A stretch of DNA of 64,000 nt, taken from assembly GCF_051903065.1 (NCBI RefSeq), contig NZ_CP178438.1; one strand, 5' to 3'. Source of the DNA: Escherichia coli (lineage in GTDB: Bacteria > Pseudomonadota > Gammaproteobacteria > Enterobacterales > Enterobacteriaceae). Shown one piece after another: positions 24,895 to 35,584 of this stretch; the first letter of the stretch is position 1; every line of letters starts with the position of its first letter. The notes below the pieces were generated by a model. The model was not told the DNA's origin, did no database searches, and saw only the letters and a list, made by a program, of their open reading frames with translations. The position numbers and the translations under genes are program-made.

Positions 24895-25779
24895 ATGTCA
24901 TTCAGCCATTCTTCCCTCTCCGCACAAGTGAAATCATATCTGACGTTTCTTCCTGAAGAAATTCGTCAGAAAATTCTTGAACATCTCCACAGCGTTATTC
25001 ATTACGAACCCGTGATTGGCATTATGGGTAAATCCGGCACCGGCAAAAGTAGCCTGTGTAATGCTATTTTTCAGTCCCATATCTGTGCCACACATCCCCT
25101 GAACGGCTGCACCCGCCAGGCTCATCGTCTTACCCTGCAGATCGGTGAACGCAGAATGACGCTGGTCGATCTGCCCGGCATTGGAGAGACGCCGCAACAT
25201 GATCAGGAATACCGGGCGCTTTACCGTCAGTTACTGCCGGAAGTGGATTTGATTATCTGGATCCTGCGGGCAGATGAACGCGCGTATGCCGCCGACATTA
25301 CCATGCATCAGTTTTTACTGAATGAAGGCGCAGATCCCTCGCGTTTTCTGTTTGTTCTCAGCCATGCCGATCGCGTGTTTCCTGCTGAAGAATGGAATGC
25401 CACAGAAAAATGCCCGTCCCGTCAGCAGGCGCTCTCACTGGCGACGGTGACAGCCCGGGTGGCAACCCTGTTCCCTTCATCATTTCCGGTACTCTCCGTT
25501 GCTGCACCTGTCGGCTGGAACCTTCCGGCGTTTGTGTCGCTGATGATCCACGCACTGCCACCACAGGCAACCAGCGCGGTGTATTCACATATCCGGGGAG
25601 AAAACCGCTCTGAACAGGCCCAGAAACACGCACAACAGACTTTTGGTGAAACCATCGGGAAAAGTTTTGACGTCGCCGTTGCCCGTTTCAGTTTTCCGGC
25701 CTGGATGTTACAGCTTCTGCGTAAAGCCCGGGACCGCATTATCCACCTGCTGATCACACTGTGGGAGCGTCTGTTCTGA
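24895..25779 (+). CDS. YeeP/YkfA/YfjP-family GTPase (CP4-type prophage)
   Basis: P-loop GIMGKSGTGKSSLCNAIF and DLPG motif; N-terminus close to E. coli YeeP/YkfA. Confidence 0.8.
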   Translation: MSFSHSSLSAQVKSYLTFLPEEIRQKILEHLHSVIHYEPVIGIMGKSGTGKSSLCNAIFQSHICATHPLNGCTRQAHRLTLQIGERRMTLVDLPGIGETPQHDQEYRALYRQLLPEVDLIIWILRADERAYAADITMHQFLLNEGADPSRFLFVLSHADRVFPAEEWNATEKCPSRQQALSLATVTARVATLFPSSFPVLSVAAPVGWNLPAFVSLMIHALPPQATSAVYSHIRGENRSEQAQKHAQQTFGETIGKSFDVAVARFSFPAWMLQLLRKARDRIIHLLITLWERLF

Positions 25780-25981
25780 CACACTCACGCCGACAGGATG
25801 TGTCGCTGGATTAACGAGCATTCTTCTTTTTATGAAATCATGCTTAAAAATCAGATAATTAAAAGAATATTTTTTCTGCTGCATTTTATTCCTGATTATC
25901 CGGATGCGACACATCCTTTCAACATCATGATGCATAATAACATCATGAAATAAAAGATGTTTTCTTACGGAGTGCACATCT

Positions 25982-26662
25982 ATGTCTGATAATCGTTCCC
26001 GGCATGATCGCCTGGCGGTTCGCTTATCACTCATTATCAGCCGACTGATGGCCGGAGAATCTCTGTCACTAAAAACACTGTCAGATGAATTTGGCGTTAC
26101 AGAACGTACTTTACAGCGCGATTTTCATCAGCGTCTGGTTCACCTGGATTTAGAGTACAGAAATGGCAGGTACAGCCTCAGACGACAGAGCAGCCCGGGT
26201 GCGATCCCTGAAATGCTTTCTTTTATACAGAATACCGGGATCGCACGGATACTTCCGCTCCGGAACGGACGACTGATAACCTGTCTTACCGACAACCAGG
26301 AGCCCTCTCCCTGCCTTATCTGGCTACCGGCGCCGGATATCACTGCAACGTTCCCCGAGTGTTTCTCGCAACTCATCCTGGCAATAAGACAGTGTATCCA
26401 CATCTCTCTGATGACTGAGCGATGGTATCCGTCACTGGAGCCCTGCCGGCTCATTTATTACAGCGGTAGCTGGTATCTGATCGCGTTACAGAAGGGAAAA
26501 CTGCAGGTCTTTCCTCTGGCAGATATCAAATCAGTCAGCCTGACATCAGAACGGTTTGAACGGAGAGGCCACATCCACAGTCTGGTCGCTGAAGAGCGTT
26601 TTATCTCCGCCCTGCCACATTTCTCTTTCATCCATAAACTTATCAACACCTTTAACCTGTGA
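25982..26662 (+). CDS. Putative HTH/WYL-type transcriptional regulator (YfjR-like)
   Basis: N-terminal HTH-like region (RLSLIISRLMAGESLSLKTLSDEFGVTERTLQRDF); position after the GTPase matches CP4-type islands. Confidence 0.55.
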   Translation: MSDNRSRHDRLAVRLSLIISRLMAGESLSLKTLSDEFGVTERTLQRDFHQRLVHLDLEYRNGRYSLRRQSSPGAIPEMLSFIQNTGIARILPLRNGRLITCLTDNQEPSPCLIWLPAPDITATFPECFSQLILAIRQCIHISLMTERWYPSLEPCRLIYYSGSWYLIALQKGKLQVFPLADIKSVSLTSERFERRGHIHSLVAEERFISALPHFSFIHKLINTFNL

Positions 26663-26809
26663 TTGCCGGCCTGCCAAAGCCGTCCCGACAGGTATGGAGA
26701 CAATATGTTGAACAGAAAACTAAATATACGGCTACGTCATTCCCTGAACAGTCACTGCATACCTTCCATCATTATCAATAACACCGTACGTTCATTTCAG
26801 AGGTCAGTC

Positions 26810-27487
26810 ATGAATACCAGAGCTCTTTTTCCCCTGCTGTTCACTGTGGCATCATTCTCCGCCTCCGCCGGCAACTGGGCTGTCAAAAACGGCTGGTGTC
26901 AGACCATGACGGAAGATGGTCAGGCGCTGGTAATGCTGAAAAATGGCACGATTGGTATTACCGGCCTGATGCAGGGATGCCCGAATGGTGTACAGACGCT
27001 CCTGGGCAGCCGTATCAGTATTAACGGTAACCTGATCCCCACATCACAAATGTGTAATCAGCAGACGGGATTCAGGGCTGTTGAGGTGGAAATCGGACAG
27101 GCGCCGGAAATGGTCAAAAAAGCCGTTCACTCCATAGCAGAGCGTGATGTGTCCGTTTTACAGGCATTTGGTGTACGAATGGAATTCACCCGCGGTGATA
27201 TGCTGAAGGTCTGTCCGAAATTTGTCACATCACTTGCCGGTTTTTCCCCGAAACAGACGACCACTATTAATAAAGATTCCGTCCTGCAGGCTGCCCGGCA
27301 GGCATACGCCCGGGAATATGACGAGGAAACAACAGAAACCGCTGATTTTGGCTCTTACGAAGTAAAAGGCAATAAGGTTGAGTTTGAAGTATTCAATCCT
27401 GAAGACCGTGCGTACGACAAAGTGACCGTCACGGTTGGTGCTGACGGTAATGCCACCGGCGCCAGCGTTGAATTTATCGGAAAATAG
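26810..27487 (+). CDS. Secreted hypothetical protein
   Basis: GAGG RBS then ATG 26810; signal peptide MNTRALFPLLFTVASFSASA; track ORF from 26663 rejected as a 5' over-extension. Confidence 0.55.
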   Translation: MNTRALFPLLFTVASFSASAGNWAVKNGWCQTMTEDGQALVMLKNGTIGITGLMQGCPNGVQTLLGSRISINGNLIPTSQMCNQQTGFRAVEVEIGQAPEMVKKAVHSIAERDVSVLQAFGVRMEFTRGDMLKVCPKFVTSLAGFSPKQTTTINKDSVLQAARQAYAREYDEETTETADFGSYEVKGNKVEFEVFNPEDRAYDKVTVTVGADGNATGASVEFIGK

Positions 27488-27516
27488 CCGGTATGTAGGA
27501 CTGCCACCCTGTTTTA

Positions 27517-27726
27517 TTGCCCGAAGGCCCTTTCTCACGCGAACAGGCGGTTGCCGTCACAACAGCTTACCGCAATGTGCTTATTGAAGATGACCAGGGA
27601 ACGCATTTCCGGCTGGTTATCCGCAATGCCGAAGGGCAGCTACGCTGGCGGTGCTGGAATTTTGAACCTGATGCCGGAAAACAGCTAAATTCGTATCTCG
27701 CCAGTGAGGGAATTCTCAGGCAATAA
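27517..27726 (+). CDS. DUF905-family protein (YkfF-like)
   Basis: …[53 protein letters not shown]… closely matches YkfF; only a TTG start is available because ATG-TAG sits immediately upstream (27493-27498). Confidence 0.55.
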   Translation: MPEGPFSREQAVAVTTAYRNVLIEDDQGTHFRLVIRNAEGQLRWRCWNFEPDAGKQLNSYLASEGILRQ

Positions 27727-27815
27727 ACGTCTTCATTTCATCCATCAGGCCGCGTCTTCTCCGGGAGACGCGGCCTTTTCGTTTATACCGCTAATTCATT
27801 CATAAGGAGCAAAGT

Positions 27816-28634
27816 ATGCAATTAGCCAGTCGTTTTGGTTATGCGAATCAGATACGCCGTGACCGTCCGCTGACACACGAAGAACTGATGCACTATGTAC
27901 CCGGTATTTTTGGGGAAGACCGGCATACCTCCCGCAGTGAACGCTATACGTATATCCCCACCATCACCGTGCTGGAAAGTCTGCAGCGGGAAGGCTTTCA
28001 GCCGTTCTTCGCCTGCCAGACCCGTGTGCGCGACCCGGGCCGCCGGGGATACACCAAACATATGCTGCGTCTGCGGCGGGCCGGAGAGATAAACGGAGAA
28101 CATGTCCCTGAAATTATTCTGCTCAACTCTCATGACGGTACCTCCAGCTACCAGATGCTGCCGGGTTACTTCAGGTTCGTCTGCCAGAACGGATGCGTCT
28201 GTGGTCAGTCTCTGGGGGAAGTGCGTGTTCCGCACCGGGGAAATGTGGTGGAGAAAGTTATTGAAGGGGCTTACGAGGTGGTGGGGGTTTTTGACCGGAT
28301 AGAGGAGAAGCGTGATGCCATGCAGTCGCTGGTCCTGCCGCCACCGGCACGCCAGGCGCTGGCACAGGCGGCACTGACTTACCGTTATGGTGACAAACAT
28401 CAGCCAGTCACCACTGCCGACATTCTGACACCACGACGCCGGGAGGATTACGGTAAGGACCTGTGGAGTGCTTATCAGACCATCCAGGAGAATATGCTGA
28501 AAGGCGGAATTTCCGGTCGCAGTGCCAGAGGAAAACGTATCCACACCCGTGCCATTCACAGCATCGACACCGATATTAAGCTCAACCGCGCATTGTGGGT
28601 GATGGCAGAAACGCTGCTGGAGAGCATGCGCTGA
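27816..28634 (+). CDS. DUF932-family protein (YfjQ/YafZ-like)
   Basis: 272-aa ORF with the conserved CP4-island DUF932 pattern as recalled. Confidence 0.65.
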   Translation: MQLASRFGYANQIRRDRPLTHEELMHYVPGIFGEDRHTSRSERYTYIPTITVLESLQREGFQPFFACQTRVRDPGRRGYTKHMLRLRRAGEINGEHVPEIILLNSHDGTSSYQMLPGYFRFVCQNGCVCGQSLGEVRVPHRGNVVEKVIEGAYEVVGVFDRIEEKRDAMQSLVLPPPARQALAQAALTYRYGDKHQPVTTADILTPRRREDYGKDLWSAYQTIQENMLKGGISGRSARGKRIHTRAIHSIDTDIKLNRALWVMAETLLESMR

Positions 28635-28725
28635 TGCTGTTTCCCTGAAAGTGCAGCCCTGACTCACGTCTGTACCAGTCCCCAGGCATTCTTCCATTCA
28701 TTTGCTTTTTATAAGGAATAATCTC

Positions 28726-29211
28726 ATGACAACCTCTTCGCATAATTCCACCACACCTTCTGTTTCCGTAACTACTGCATCAGGGAATAACCAGTCTCAA
28801 CTGGTTGCCACTCCCGTCCCTGATGAACAGCGCATCAGCTTCTGGCCGCAGCACTTTGGCCTCATTCCACAGTGGGTGACCCTGGAGCCCCGTGTCTTCG
28901 GCTGGATGGACCGTCTGTGTGAAGACTACTGCGGTGGTATCTGGAATCTGTACACCCTGAATAACGGCGGCGCATTTATGGCGCCCGAACCGGATGAAGA
29001 TGATGGAGAAACCTGGGTACTGTTCAATGCCATGAACGGTAACCGCGCTGAAATGAGCCCGGAAGCCGCCGGCATTGCTGCCTGTCTGATGACGTACAGT
29101 CATCATGCCTGTCGTACGGAGTGTTATGCCATGACGGTCCATTATTATCGGTTGCGGGATTACGCCCTGCAACATCCGGAATGCAACGCCATTATGCGCA
29201 TCATTGACTGA
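28726..29211 (+). CDS. Antirestriction protein (KlcA/ArdB family, YfjX/YafX-like)
   Basis: AAGGA RBS then ATG 28726; …RISFWPQHFGLIPQWVTLEPRVFGWMDRLCEDYCGGIWNLY… is typical of the family. Confidence 0.7.
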   Translation: MTTSSHNSTTPSVSVTTASGNNQSQLVATPVPDEQRISFWPQHFGLIPQWVTLEPRVFGWMDRLCEDYCGGIWNLYTLNNGGAFMAPEPDEDDGETWVLFNAMNGNRAEMSPEAAGIAACLMTYSHHACRTECYAMTVHYYRLRDYALQHPECNAIMRIID

Positions 29212-29225
29212 AAGGGGCCGGAACA

Positions 29226-29702
29226 ATGCAACAGCTTTCCTTTCTGCCCGGAGAGATGACGCCCGGCGAGCGCAGCCTCATTCAGCGGGCCCTGAAAACC
29301 CTGGACCGCCATCTTCATGAACCCGGCGTGGCCTTCACCTCCACGCATGCGGCACGGGAATGGCTGATTCTGAACATGGCAGGACTGGAGCGGGAAGAGT
29401 TCCGGGTGCTGTATCTGAACAACCAGAATCAGCTGATTGCGGGTGAAACCCTCTTCACAGGCACCATCAACCGCACAGAAGTCCATCCCCGGGAGGTGAT
29501 TAAACGTGCCCTGTACCACAATGCCGCTGCCGTGGTGCTGGCGCACAATCACCCGTCCGGTGAAGTCACCCCCAGTAAGGCAGACCGGCTTATCACTGAA
29601 CGTCTGGTACAGGCGCTGGCCCTGGTGGATATCCGGGTGCCGGACCATCTGATAGTCGGTGGCAGCCAGGTATTCTCCTTTGCCGAACACGGTCTGCTTT
29701 AA
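29226..29702 (+). CDS. RadC-like JAB-domain protein (YeeS/YkfG family)
   Basis: JAMM-like HNHPSGEVTPSKAD motif. Confidence 0.8.
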   Translation: MQQLSFLPGEMTPGERSLIQRALKTLDRHLHEPGVAFTSTHAAREWLILNMAGLEREEFRVLYLNNQNQLIAGETLFTGTINRTEVHPREVIKRALYHNAAAVVLAHNHPSGEVTPSKADRLITERLVQALALVDIRVPDHLIVGGSQVFSFAEHGLL

Positions 29703-29788
29703 CCCGTCACCGTCACAATCACCTTCATATCACTTCAGTTTCTCTTTCTCAGCTGTTTCTTACTTTCACATTCAGGAGGACTATTCTC

Positions 29789-30010
29789 ATGAAAATCATC
29801 ACCCGTGGTGAAGCCATGCGTATTCACCGTCAGCATCCTGCATCCCGTCTTTTTCCGTTCTGTACCGGTAAATACCGCTGGCACGGTAGCACGGATACAT
29901 ATACCGGCCGTGAAGTACAGGATATTCCCGGTGTGCTGGCTGTGTTTGCAGAACGCCGTAAGGACAGTTTTGGTCCGTATGTCCGGCTGATGAGCGTCAC
30001 CCTGAACTGA
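29789..30010 (+). CDS. DUF987-family protein (YeeT-like)
   Basis: MKIITRGEAMRIHRQHPASRLFPFCTGKYRWHGS…, near-identical to YeeT as recalled. Confidence 0.7.
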   Translation: MKIITRGEAMRIHRQHPASRLFPFCTGKYRWHGSTDTYTGREVQDIPGVLAVFAERRKDSFGPYVRLMSVTLN

Positions 30011-30089
30011 GTCTGGAAGGGCATTCAGAAGAGCAGAATTATCGCCACCACCGGACCATTCTTAACCAATTTTCTGTGAGGATTTTATC

Positions 30090-30458
30090 GTGTCAGACAC
30101 ACTCCCCGGGACAACGCTTCCCGACGACAATAACGACCGCACCTGGTGGGGACTGCCCTGCACCGTGACGCCCTGTTTTGGGGCACGTCTGGTGCAGGAG
30201 GGTAACCGGTTGCATTACCTTGCAGACCGCGCCGGTATCAGAGGCCGGTTCAGCGACGCGGATGCGTACCATCTGGACCAGGCCTTTCCGCTGCTGATGA
30301 AACAACTGGAACTCATGCTCACCAGCGGTGAACTGAATCCCCGCCATCAGCATACCGTCACGCTGTATGCAAAAAGGCTGACCTGCGAAGCCGACACCCT
30401 CGGCAGTTGTGGCTACGTTTATATGGCTGTTTATCCGACGCCCGAAACGAAAAAGTAA
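30090..30458 (+). CDS. cbeA: CbeA/YeeU-family antitoxin (type IV TA)
   Basis: MSDTLPGTTLPDDNNDRTWWGLPCTVTPCFGARLVQEGNRLHYLADRAGI… matches YeeU. Confidence 0.8.
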   Translation: MSDTLPGTTLPDDNNDRTWWGLPCTVTPCFGARLVQEGNRLHYLADRAGIRGRFSDADAYHLDQAFPLLMKQLELMLTSGELNPRHQHTVTLYAKRLTCEADTLGSCGYVYMAVYPTPETKK

Positions 30459-30547
30459 CTCTCCAGAATAACCTTCTTCTCCGGCCTGGTGCTTTCACCA
30501 CGCCACTTTTCCATTTTTCATCTCTGCATATCAGGAAAATCTTCAGT

Positions 30548-30925
30548 ATGAACACATTACCCGATACACACGTACGGGAGGCATCGCATTGCCAGTCTCC
30601 CGTCACCATCTGGCAGACACTGCTCACCCGACTGCTGGACCAGCATTACGGCCTCACACTGAATGACACACCGTTCGCTGATGAACGTGTGATTGAGCAG
30701 CATATTGAGGCAGGCATTTCACTGTGTGATGCGGTGAACTTTCTCGTTGAAAAATACGCACTGGTGCGTACCGACCAGCCGGGATTCAGCGTCTGTACTC
30801 GTTCTCAGTTAATAAACAGTATTGATATCCTCCGGGCCCGCCGGGCAACCGGCCTGATGGCCCGCGACAATTACAGAACGGTAAATAACATTACCCTGGG
30901 TAAACATCCGGGGGCGAAACAATGA
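30548..30925 (+). CDS. cbtA: CbtA/YeeV-family toxin (cytoskeleton-binding)
   Basis: Internal ATG 30548 (MNTLPDTHVREASHCQSPVTIWQTLLTRLLDQHYGLTLNDTPF…); track ORF from 30407 is an over-extension. Confidence 0.8.
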   Translation: MNTLPDTHVREASHCQSPVTIWQTLLTRLLDQHYGLTLNDTPFADERVIEQHIEAGISLCDAVNFLVEKYALVRTDQPGFSVCTRSQLINSIDILRARRATGLMARDNYRTVNNITLGKHPGAKQ

Positions 30926-31410
30926 AACTGGCCCTGACGCTGGAAGCCGACAGCATTAACGTGCAGGCACTGAACATGGGGCGCATTGTCGTTGACGTCG
31001 ATGGTGTTACTCTCGCTGAACTGATTAACGTGGTCTGCGATAACGGTTACTCCCTTCGTGTTGTTGATGAATCTGACCGGACATCAGCAGAGCGCACGCC
31101 ACCATCTGCGGCCCTTACCGGCATACGCTGCAGTACCGCACATATCACGGAAACGGACAATGCCTGGTTGTACTCGCTGTCAAATCAGACGAATGACACC
31201 GGCGAATCAGAATGGATTCATTTCACAGGTAGCGGATATCTGTTACGTACCGATGCGTGGTCATACCCGGTTCTGCGGCTTAAACGCCTGGGGCTGTCCA
31301 GAACGTTCCGCCGTCTGGTTGTCACACTCATCCGGCGTTATGGCGTCAGTCTCATTCATCTGGATGCCGGTGCTGAATGTCTGCAGGATTTACCCACTTT
31401 CAACTGGTAA
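30922..31410 (+). CDS. YeeW-like protein
   Basis: ATG overlaps the cbtA stop (ATGA); 162 aa; position and sequence consistent with YeeW. Confidence 0.55.
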   Translation: MKLALTLEADSINVQALNMGRIVVDVDGVTLAELINVVCDNGYSLRVVDESDRTSAERTPPSAALTGIRCSTAHITETDNAWLYSLSNQTNDTGESEWIHFTGSGYLLRTDAWSYPVLRLKRLGLSRTFRRLVVTLIRRYGVSLIHLDAGAECLQDLPTFNW

Positions 31411-31429
31411 CCAGGACAAAAGACACAGG

Positions 31430-31627
31430 ATGAAATCATTAACCACAGAAACGGCGCTGGATATTCTGATTGTGTGGCTGCAGGACAATATCGACTGCGA
31501 ATCGGGAATTATCTTTGACAACGATGAGGATAAAACGGATTCGGCAGCACTGTTGCCCTGTATCGAACAGGCCAGGGAGGGTATCCGTACCCTGCGCCAA
31601 CTGCAGCTTCTGCACCAGAACCGATAA
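31430..31627 (+). CDS. Small hypothetical protein (65 aa)
   Basis: ATG 31430 (MKSLTTETALDILIVWLQDNIDCESGIIFDNDEDK…); the longer track ORF 31058-31627 overlapping yeeW is rejected. Confidence 0.4.
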   Translation: MKSLTTETALDILIVWLQDNIDCESGIIFDNDEDKTDSAALLPCIEQAREGIRTLRQLQLLHQNR

Positions 31628-32098
31628 ATATTACTCACCATACTTCATTCCACTGACGCCAGCCTGAACAGGGCTGGCGTTTTCATTTATCTGCAAAAAG
31701 GAATATCAATTATGTCTGAAATCACAGCCTCCCGTCCGGAAGTGGTCAACGGGGACATTATCTGCTCCACCTCAGTCAGCCACATTCTGGCTGTACAAAA
31801 GAGTACACAGCTGCAAATCGACACACTTATCCGGCATCAAGTGAGCGATATCAGTTAACAGATATAGATGGAGAAGATGCTTTTATCCGGATTGGTTCTA
31901 TCGCGATGGTGCGAGTACTACTTGATGCAATGAAGCCTGTCGAGGAAGATGACGAGTAACAGAGCTCGGTATCTCAATCAGGAGCTGATTGTCCTGGTTC
32001 GATGCCGAAAACCAGTGATTTTTCGTGTTGGTATCTGTGTTGGTATAAGATGATATTGTTTATTATTAACAATTTTAAATCATGAGGTTAAGTCACAT

Positions 32099-32122
32099 GT
32101 TCGAGTCCGGCCTTCGGCACCA
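32099..32122 (+). repeat. 24-bp copy of the tRNA-Leu (leuX) 3' end: island boundary direct repeat
   Basis: GTTCGAGTCCGGCCTTCGGCACCA equals the leuX T-arm/acceptor 3' end (from memory); no D-arm or anticodon arm upstream, so it is an att fragment, not a tRNA gene. Confidence 0.65.
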
Positions 32123-32346
32123 CATCGTATGCAAATCGAGTCGCTCAAGGGCGGCTTTTTTTGTGTCTGGAATCCGTTAGTTACCTATCTTTCTCGCTAT
32201 TTTAACTCTCTCAGAGCCAGCCAATTTCAACCCATCGCAAACGAAAAATGTTGGTACAGGCGTTGGTATTTTCGGTTCGACATTAATTTGTATTAGCTCA
32301 GTCCTGATCTGACAGCTATCTGCCAGATCAGGTTCGGATTAATACA

Positions 32347-35300
32347 TTATATCTGCCCGCCTACACCTTTAAACTTCTCAATAAACGCGACGATCTTCTG
32401 GAAAACCGTCTGTTTTTTCGTCTTATATTGCGGATTTAACGGACTGAGTTTTGGCAATGTCTCGTTTAATTCCGTGCCATTTTCGGTTGCGTATTCGCGT
32501 TTTAAAGACGTGCGAATATAGCGTTTCGCCGCCTCTTCATTGAGATTTTCTTCTTTGATCAATGCTGCTGCTTCACGTTGCTGTTCGCGTTGAGCAAAGG
32601 TAAAAAACGCGTCAATGATGCTGGCTTTATCCGGCAAATCATCCAGGTTCGTTTGCTGAATAAAATCGACCACCAATCCTTCTTTGGCACGGTTCCCAAG
32701 GCTTGAACGAATTAAGCGTTTGACCTCTTCGGTCATTTCGCCCTTACCTTTGTTTTGTCTGTTGTGTTCGAAAATCAGTCCAAGGATATAATCCAGGTTT
32801 ATTTCCTGAGACTTCAGCAAATCGACCTCAAAAACCACGTCATCCCAGTCGGTGGTTGATTTTTCTTTTTTGTCAGCTTCTTTCTCACGGCGCTGCCAGT
32901 CACGAATATCGTTATAGGCTGAACGGTAATCCTGAATCTTGCGATCAGCAGGGAGACGAATCGTTTGTAATTCAGCGAACTTTTCATCATCCACATAATG
33001 TTCTGCTTTGAATTTTTCTACCGCAACAGGATCGCTAAGATCGATTTGTTGCAGGGCTTTCAGCATGGCAAATTCATCATAGTTTTGCAGGATGTTCTCG
33101 GCACGCAGGTATTCACCAAACAGTTTTACGAAGTCTTTCTTCTCTTTTTCACTTTCAATATTGGCAGGGTCAGGGAACCGTTGTTCCAGTTCTGAAACTA
33201 CTGCCATAAAGCCGCGTTTAGCTTCACCAGTGGCAGCATCAGTAAAGCCTTCCATATACTCTGCATAACTCTTTTCTAACACCACATTTTTGGTATTTTT
33301 ATCACCAAACAGCGTTATGGCATCAATGGTTGAGCGTTCCAGATCCCGGAAAGTGACGATGTTACCGAAGGTTTTAGTGGCGTTATAAATGCGGTTGGTG
33401 CGGGAAAATGCCTGCATCAGGCCGTGAAAACGCAAGTTTTTATCGACGAATAGCGTGTTCAATGTTGGAGCATCGAAGCCGGTTAAAAACATCCCCACGA
33501 CAATTAACAGATCGATATCTTGATTTTTAACCCGTTGGGCTAAATCACGATAGTAGTTCTGAAAACCGTTACTGTCGGTGCTGAAGTTAGTTTTAAAATA
33601 GCTGTTATACTCACGAATTGCAGCGTCAAGAAACTCTTTAGCACTGCTGTCCATTGCGCTGGTATCAAAAGTTTCATCGGAAATTTCACCAATGGCATTT
33701 TGCTCTTCATTGGCGGCAAAGGAGAAGATTGTCGCAACACGCAGCGGTTTATAAGTAGCCGATTTATTAGCTGCTTCCTCTTGTAACCGTTTAAACGTAG
33801 CGTAATAGGCTTTCGCGGCATCCACGCTACTCACTGCCAGCATGGCATTAAAGCCTTTGGAACTTGGGAAAGTACGGTGGGTCTTCTGGCGGAAGTTATT
33901 CAGAATATATTGCGTAATTTCCTGTATACGCATGGGATGAAGAAACGCCTGCTGATTTTCAGCCGCACTCAGTTTTTTCTCGTCGGTTTCTGTCTCTAAA
34001 GACTTAAACTGTGGCCGCACATCGTTGTAGTCCACCTTGAATTTGAGCACTTTTTCATCACGAATCGCATCGGTAATCACATATGAATGCAATTCACGAC
34101 CAAATACGCTGGCGGTCGTTTCTGAGCCTAAAGCGTTTTCCGGGAAAATAGGGGTACCGGTAAAACCAAACTGATAATAGCGTTTGAATTTCTTCTTCAG
34201 ATTTTTCTGCGCTTCTCCAAACTGGCTGCGGTGACATTCATCAAATATAAACACCACTTGCTGATTGTATACAGGCAGGTCGCTTTCTGCTTTCATCAGG
34301 TTATTAAGTTTCTGAATAGTGGTGACGATAATTTTGTTATCGTCCTTATCCAGATTTCGTTTAAGACCTGCTGTATTTTCCGAGCCGTTAACACTATCTG
34401 GCGAAAAACGCTGATATTCCTTCATGGTCTGGTAATCGAGGTCTTTCCTGTCGACCACAAAGAAGACTTTATCAATAAAGTCCAGTTCTGTTGCCAGACG
34501 TGCGGCTTTAAAGCTGGTCAGGGTTTTACCAGAACCGGTTGTGTGCCAGATAAAGCCACCGCTTTCGGGGGTAGACCAGTTTTTCGCTTTATAGGAGCTG
34601 TTGATTTTCCATAAGATACGCTCAGTGGCGGCAATCTGGTACGGTCGCATCACTAGTAGCGTTTGGCTAATATCGAACACGCTGTAGTTCACTAAGACAT
34701 TAAGCAGAGTATGTTTCTGGAAAAAGGTAGCGGTAAAGTCTTTGAGGTCTTTAATCAGCGTGTTGTCTGATTTCGCCCAATTCATGGTGAAATCAAAACT
34801 GTTTTTATCGCGCTTTGTGGTGTTGGCAAAATAACGGGTATCGGTGCCGTTAGAAATGACAAACAGTTGCAGATACTTAAACAGGGAATTTTCGCTGTTA
34901 AAACTCTCTTTACTGTAACGATGTATTTGGTTGAAAGCCTCACGAATCGCCACGCCGCGCTTTTTCAGTTCGATTTGTACCAGTGGTAAGCCATTAACCA
35001 GGATCGTGACGTCATAACGGTTAGCATGAGAACCCGCCTGTTCAAACTGCTGGATAATCTGCACCTTATTGCGCATGAGATTCTTTTTATCTATCAGATA
35101 GATATTTTCAAGACGCCCGTCATCAAAAATAAAGTCGCAGATATAGTCGATATGAATTTTACGGGTTTTATCCAGGATGCCATCGCTGGGGTTGTCCAGA
35201 TACTGCTCCGTGAAACGCCGCCACTCGCTGTCATTAAACACCACACCATTGAGGTTCTGAAGCTGTTCCCGAACATTGGACAGCATCGCCGACTGTGATT

Positions 35301-35463
35301 TTACCGAAATAAATTCATAGCCCTGATTCCGCAGGTCCTGAATCAGTTCCCGTTCCAGGTCCGATTCGCTCTGGTAGCTGTCGCCTGTTTGCTCAGCTTT
35401 GATGTACTTATCAAGGACGATAAAGTTATTGGATTCAGCAATGGTGTGTGTTTGATGAGTCAT
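32347..35463 (-). CDS. hsdR: Type I restriction enzyme R subunit (Type IC, EcoR124-like HsdR)
   Basis: 1038 aa (same length as EcoR124I HsdR as recalled); helicase motifs TGSGKT and DECHRSQ. Confidence 0.95.
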   Translation of the reverse strand: MTHQTHTIAESNNFIVLDKYIKAEQTGDSYQSESDLERELIQDLRNQGYEFISVKSQSAMLSNVREQLQNLNGVVFNDSEWRRFTEQYLDNPSDGILDKTRKIHIDYICDFIFDDGRLENIYLIDKKNLMRNKVQIIQQFEQAGSHANRYDVTILVNGLPLVQIELKKRGVAIREAFNQIHRYSKESFNSENSLFKYLQLFVISNGTDTRYFANTTKRDKNSFDFTMNWAKSDNTLIKDLKDFTATFFQKHTLLNVLVNYSVFDISQTLLVMRPYQIAATERILWKINSSYKAKNWSTPESGGFIWHTTGSGKTLTSFKAARLATELDFIDKVFFVVDRKDLDYQTMKEYQRFSPDSVNGSENTAGLKRNLDKDDNKIIVTTIQKLNNLMKAESDLPVYNQQVVFIFDECHRSQFGEAQKNLKKKFKRYYQFGFTGTPIFPENALGSETTASVFGRELHSYVITDAIRDEKVLKFKVDYNDVRPQFKSLETETDEKKLSAAENQQAFLHPMRIQEITQYILNNFRQKTHRTFPSSKGFNAMLAVSSVDAAKAYYATFKRLQEEAANKSATYKPLRVATIFSFAANEEQNAIGEISDETFDTSAMDSSAKEFLDAAIREYNSYFKTNFSTDSNGFQNYYRDLAQRVKNQDIDLLIVVGMFLTGFDAPTLNTLFVDKNLRFHGLMQAFSRTNRIYNATKTFGNIVTFRDLERSTIDAITLFGDKNTKNVVLEKSYAEYMEGFTDAATGEAKRGFMAVVSELEQRFPDPANIESEKEKKDFVKLFGEYLRAENILQNYDEFAMLKALQQIDLSDPVAVEKFKAEHYVDDEKFAELQTIRLPADRKIQDYRSAYNDIRDWQRREKEADKKEKSTTDWDDVVFEVDLLKSQEINLDYILGLIFEHNRQNKGKGEMTEEVKRLIRSSLGNRAKEGLVVDFIQQTNLDDLPDKASIIDAFFTFAQREQQREAAALIKEENLNEEAAKRYIRTSLKREYATENGTELNETLPKLSPLNPQYKTKKQTVFQKIVAFIEKFKGVGGQI

Positions 35464-35584
35464 AGCGCATCCTTTGTGCCGCCTGGCAAGGGCCGGAAGG
35501 GCGTTAAGAGTGACTTCCGGCGCGTAAAAAATAGTCTATATACAGACCGGGTGTTAAGGTGGCCCGGTCGGTAGCAATGGTCAA

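Noticed and set aside
27822-28697. 291-aa ORF on the minus strand
   Set aside because: Entirely antisense to the DUF932 gene (27816-28634), which has the conserved family sequence; shadow ORF in GC-rich coding DNA.
31058-31627. 189-aa ORF overlapping the YeeW-like gene
   Set aside because: Out of frame with and overlapping the YeeW-like CDS; only its 3' part (31430-31627) has its own ATG and is kept as a small CDS.
32060-32122. Possible intact tRNA-Leu gene
   Set aside because: Only the last 24 nt of the tRNA are present; the upstream sequence has no D-arm or anticodon arm, so this is an att repeat fragment.
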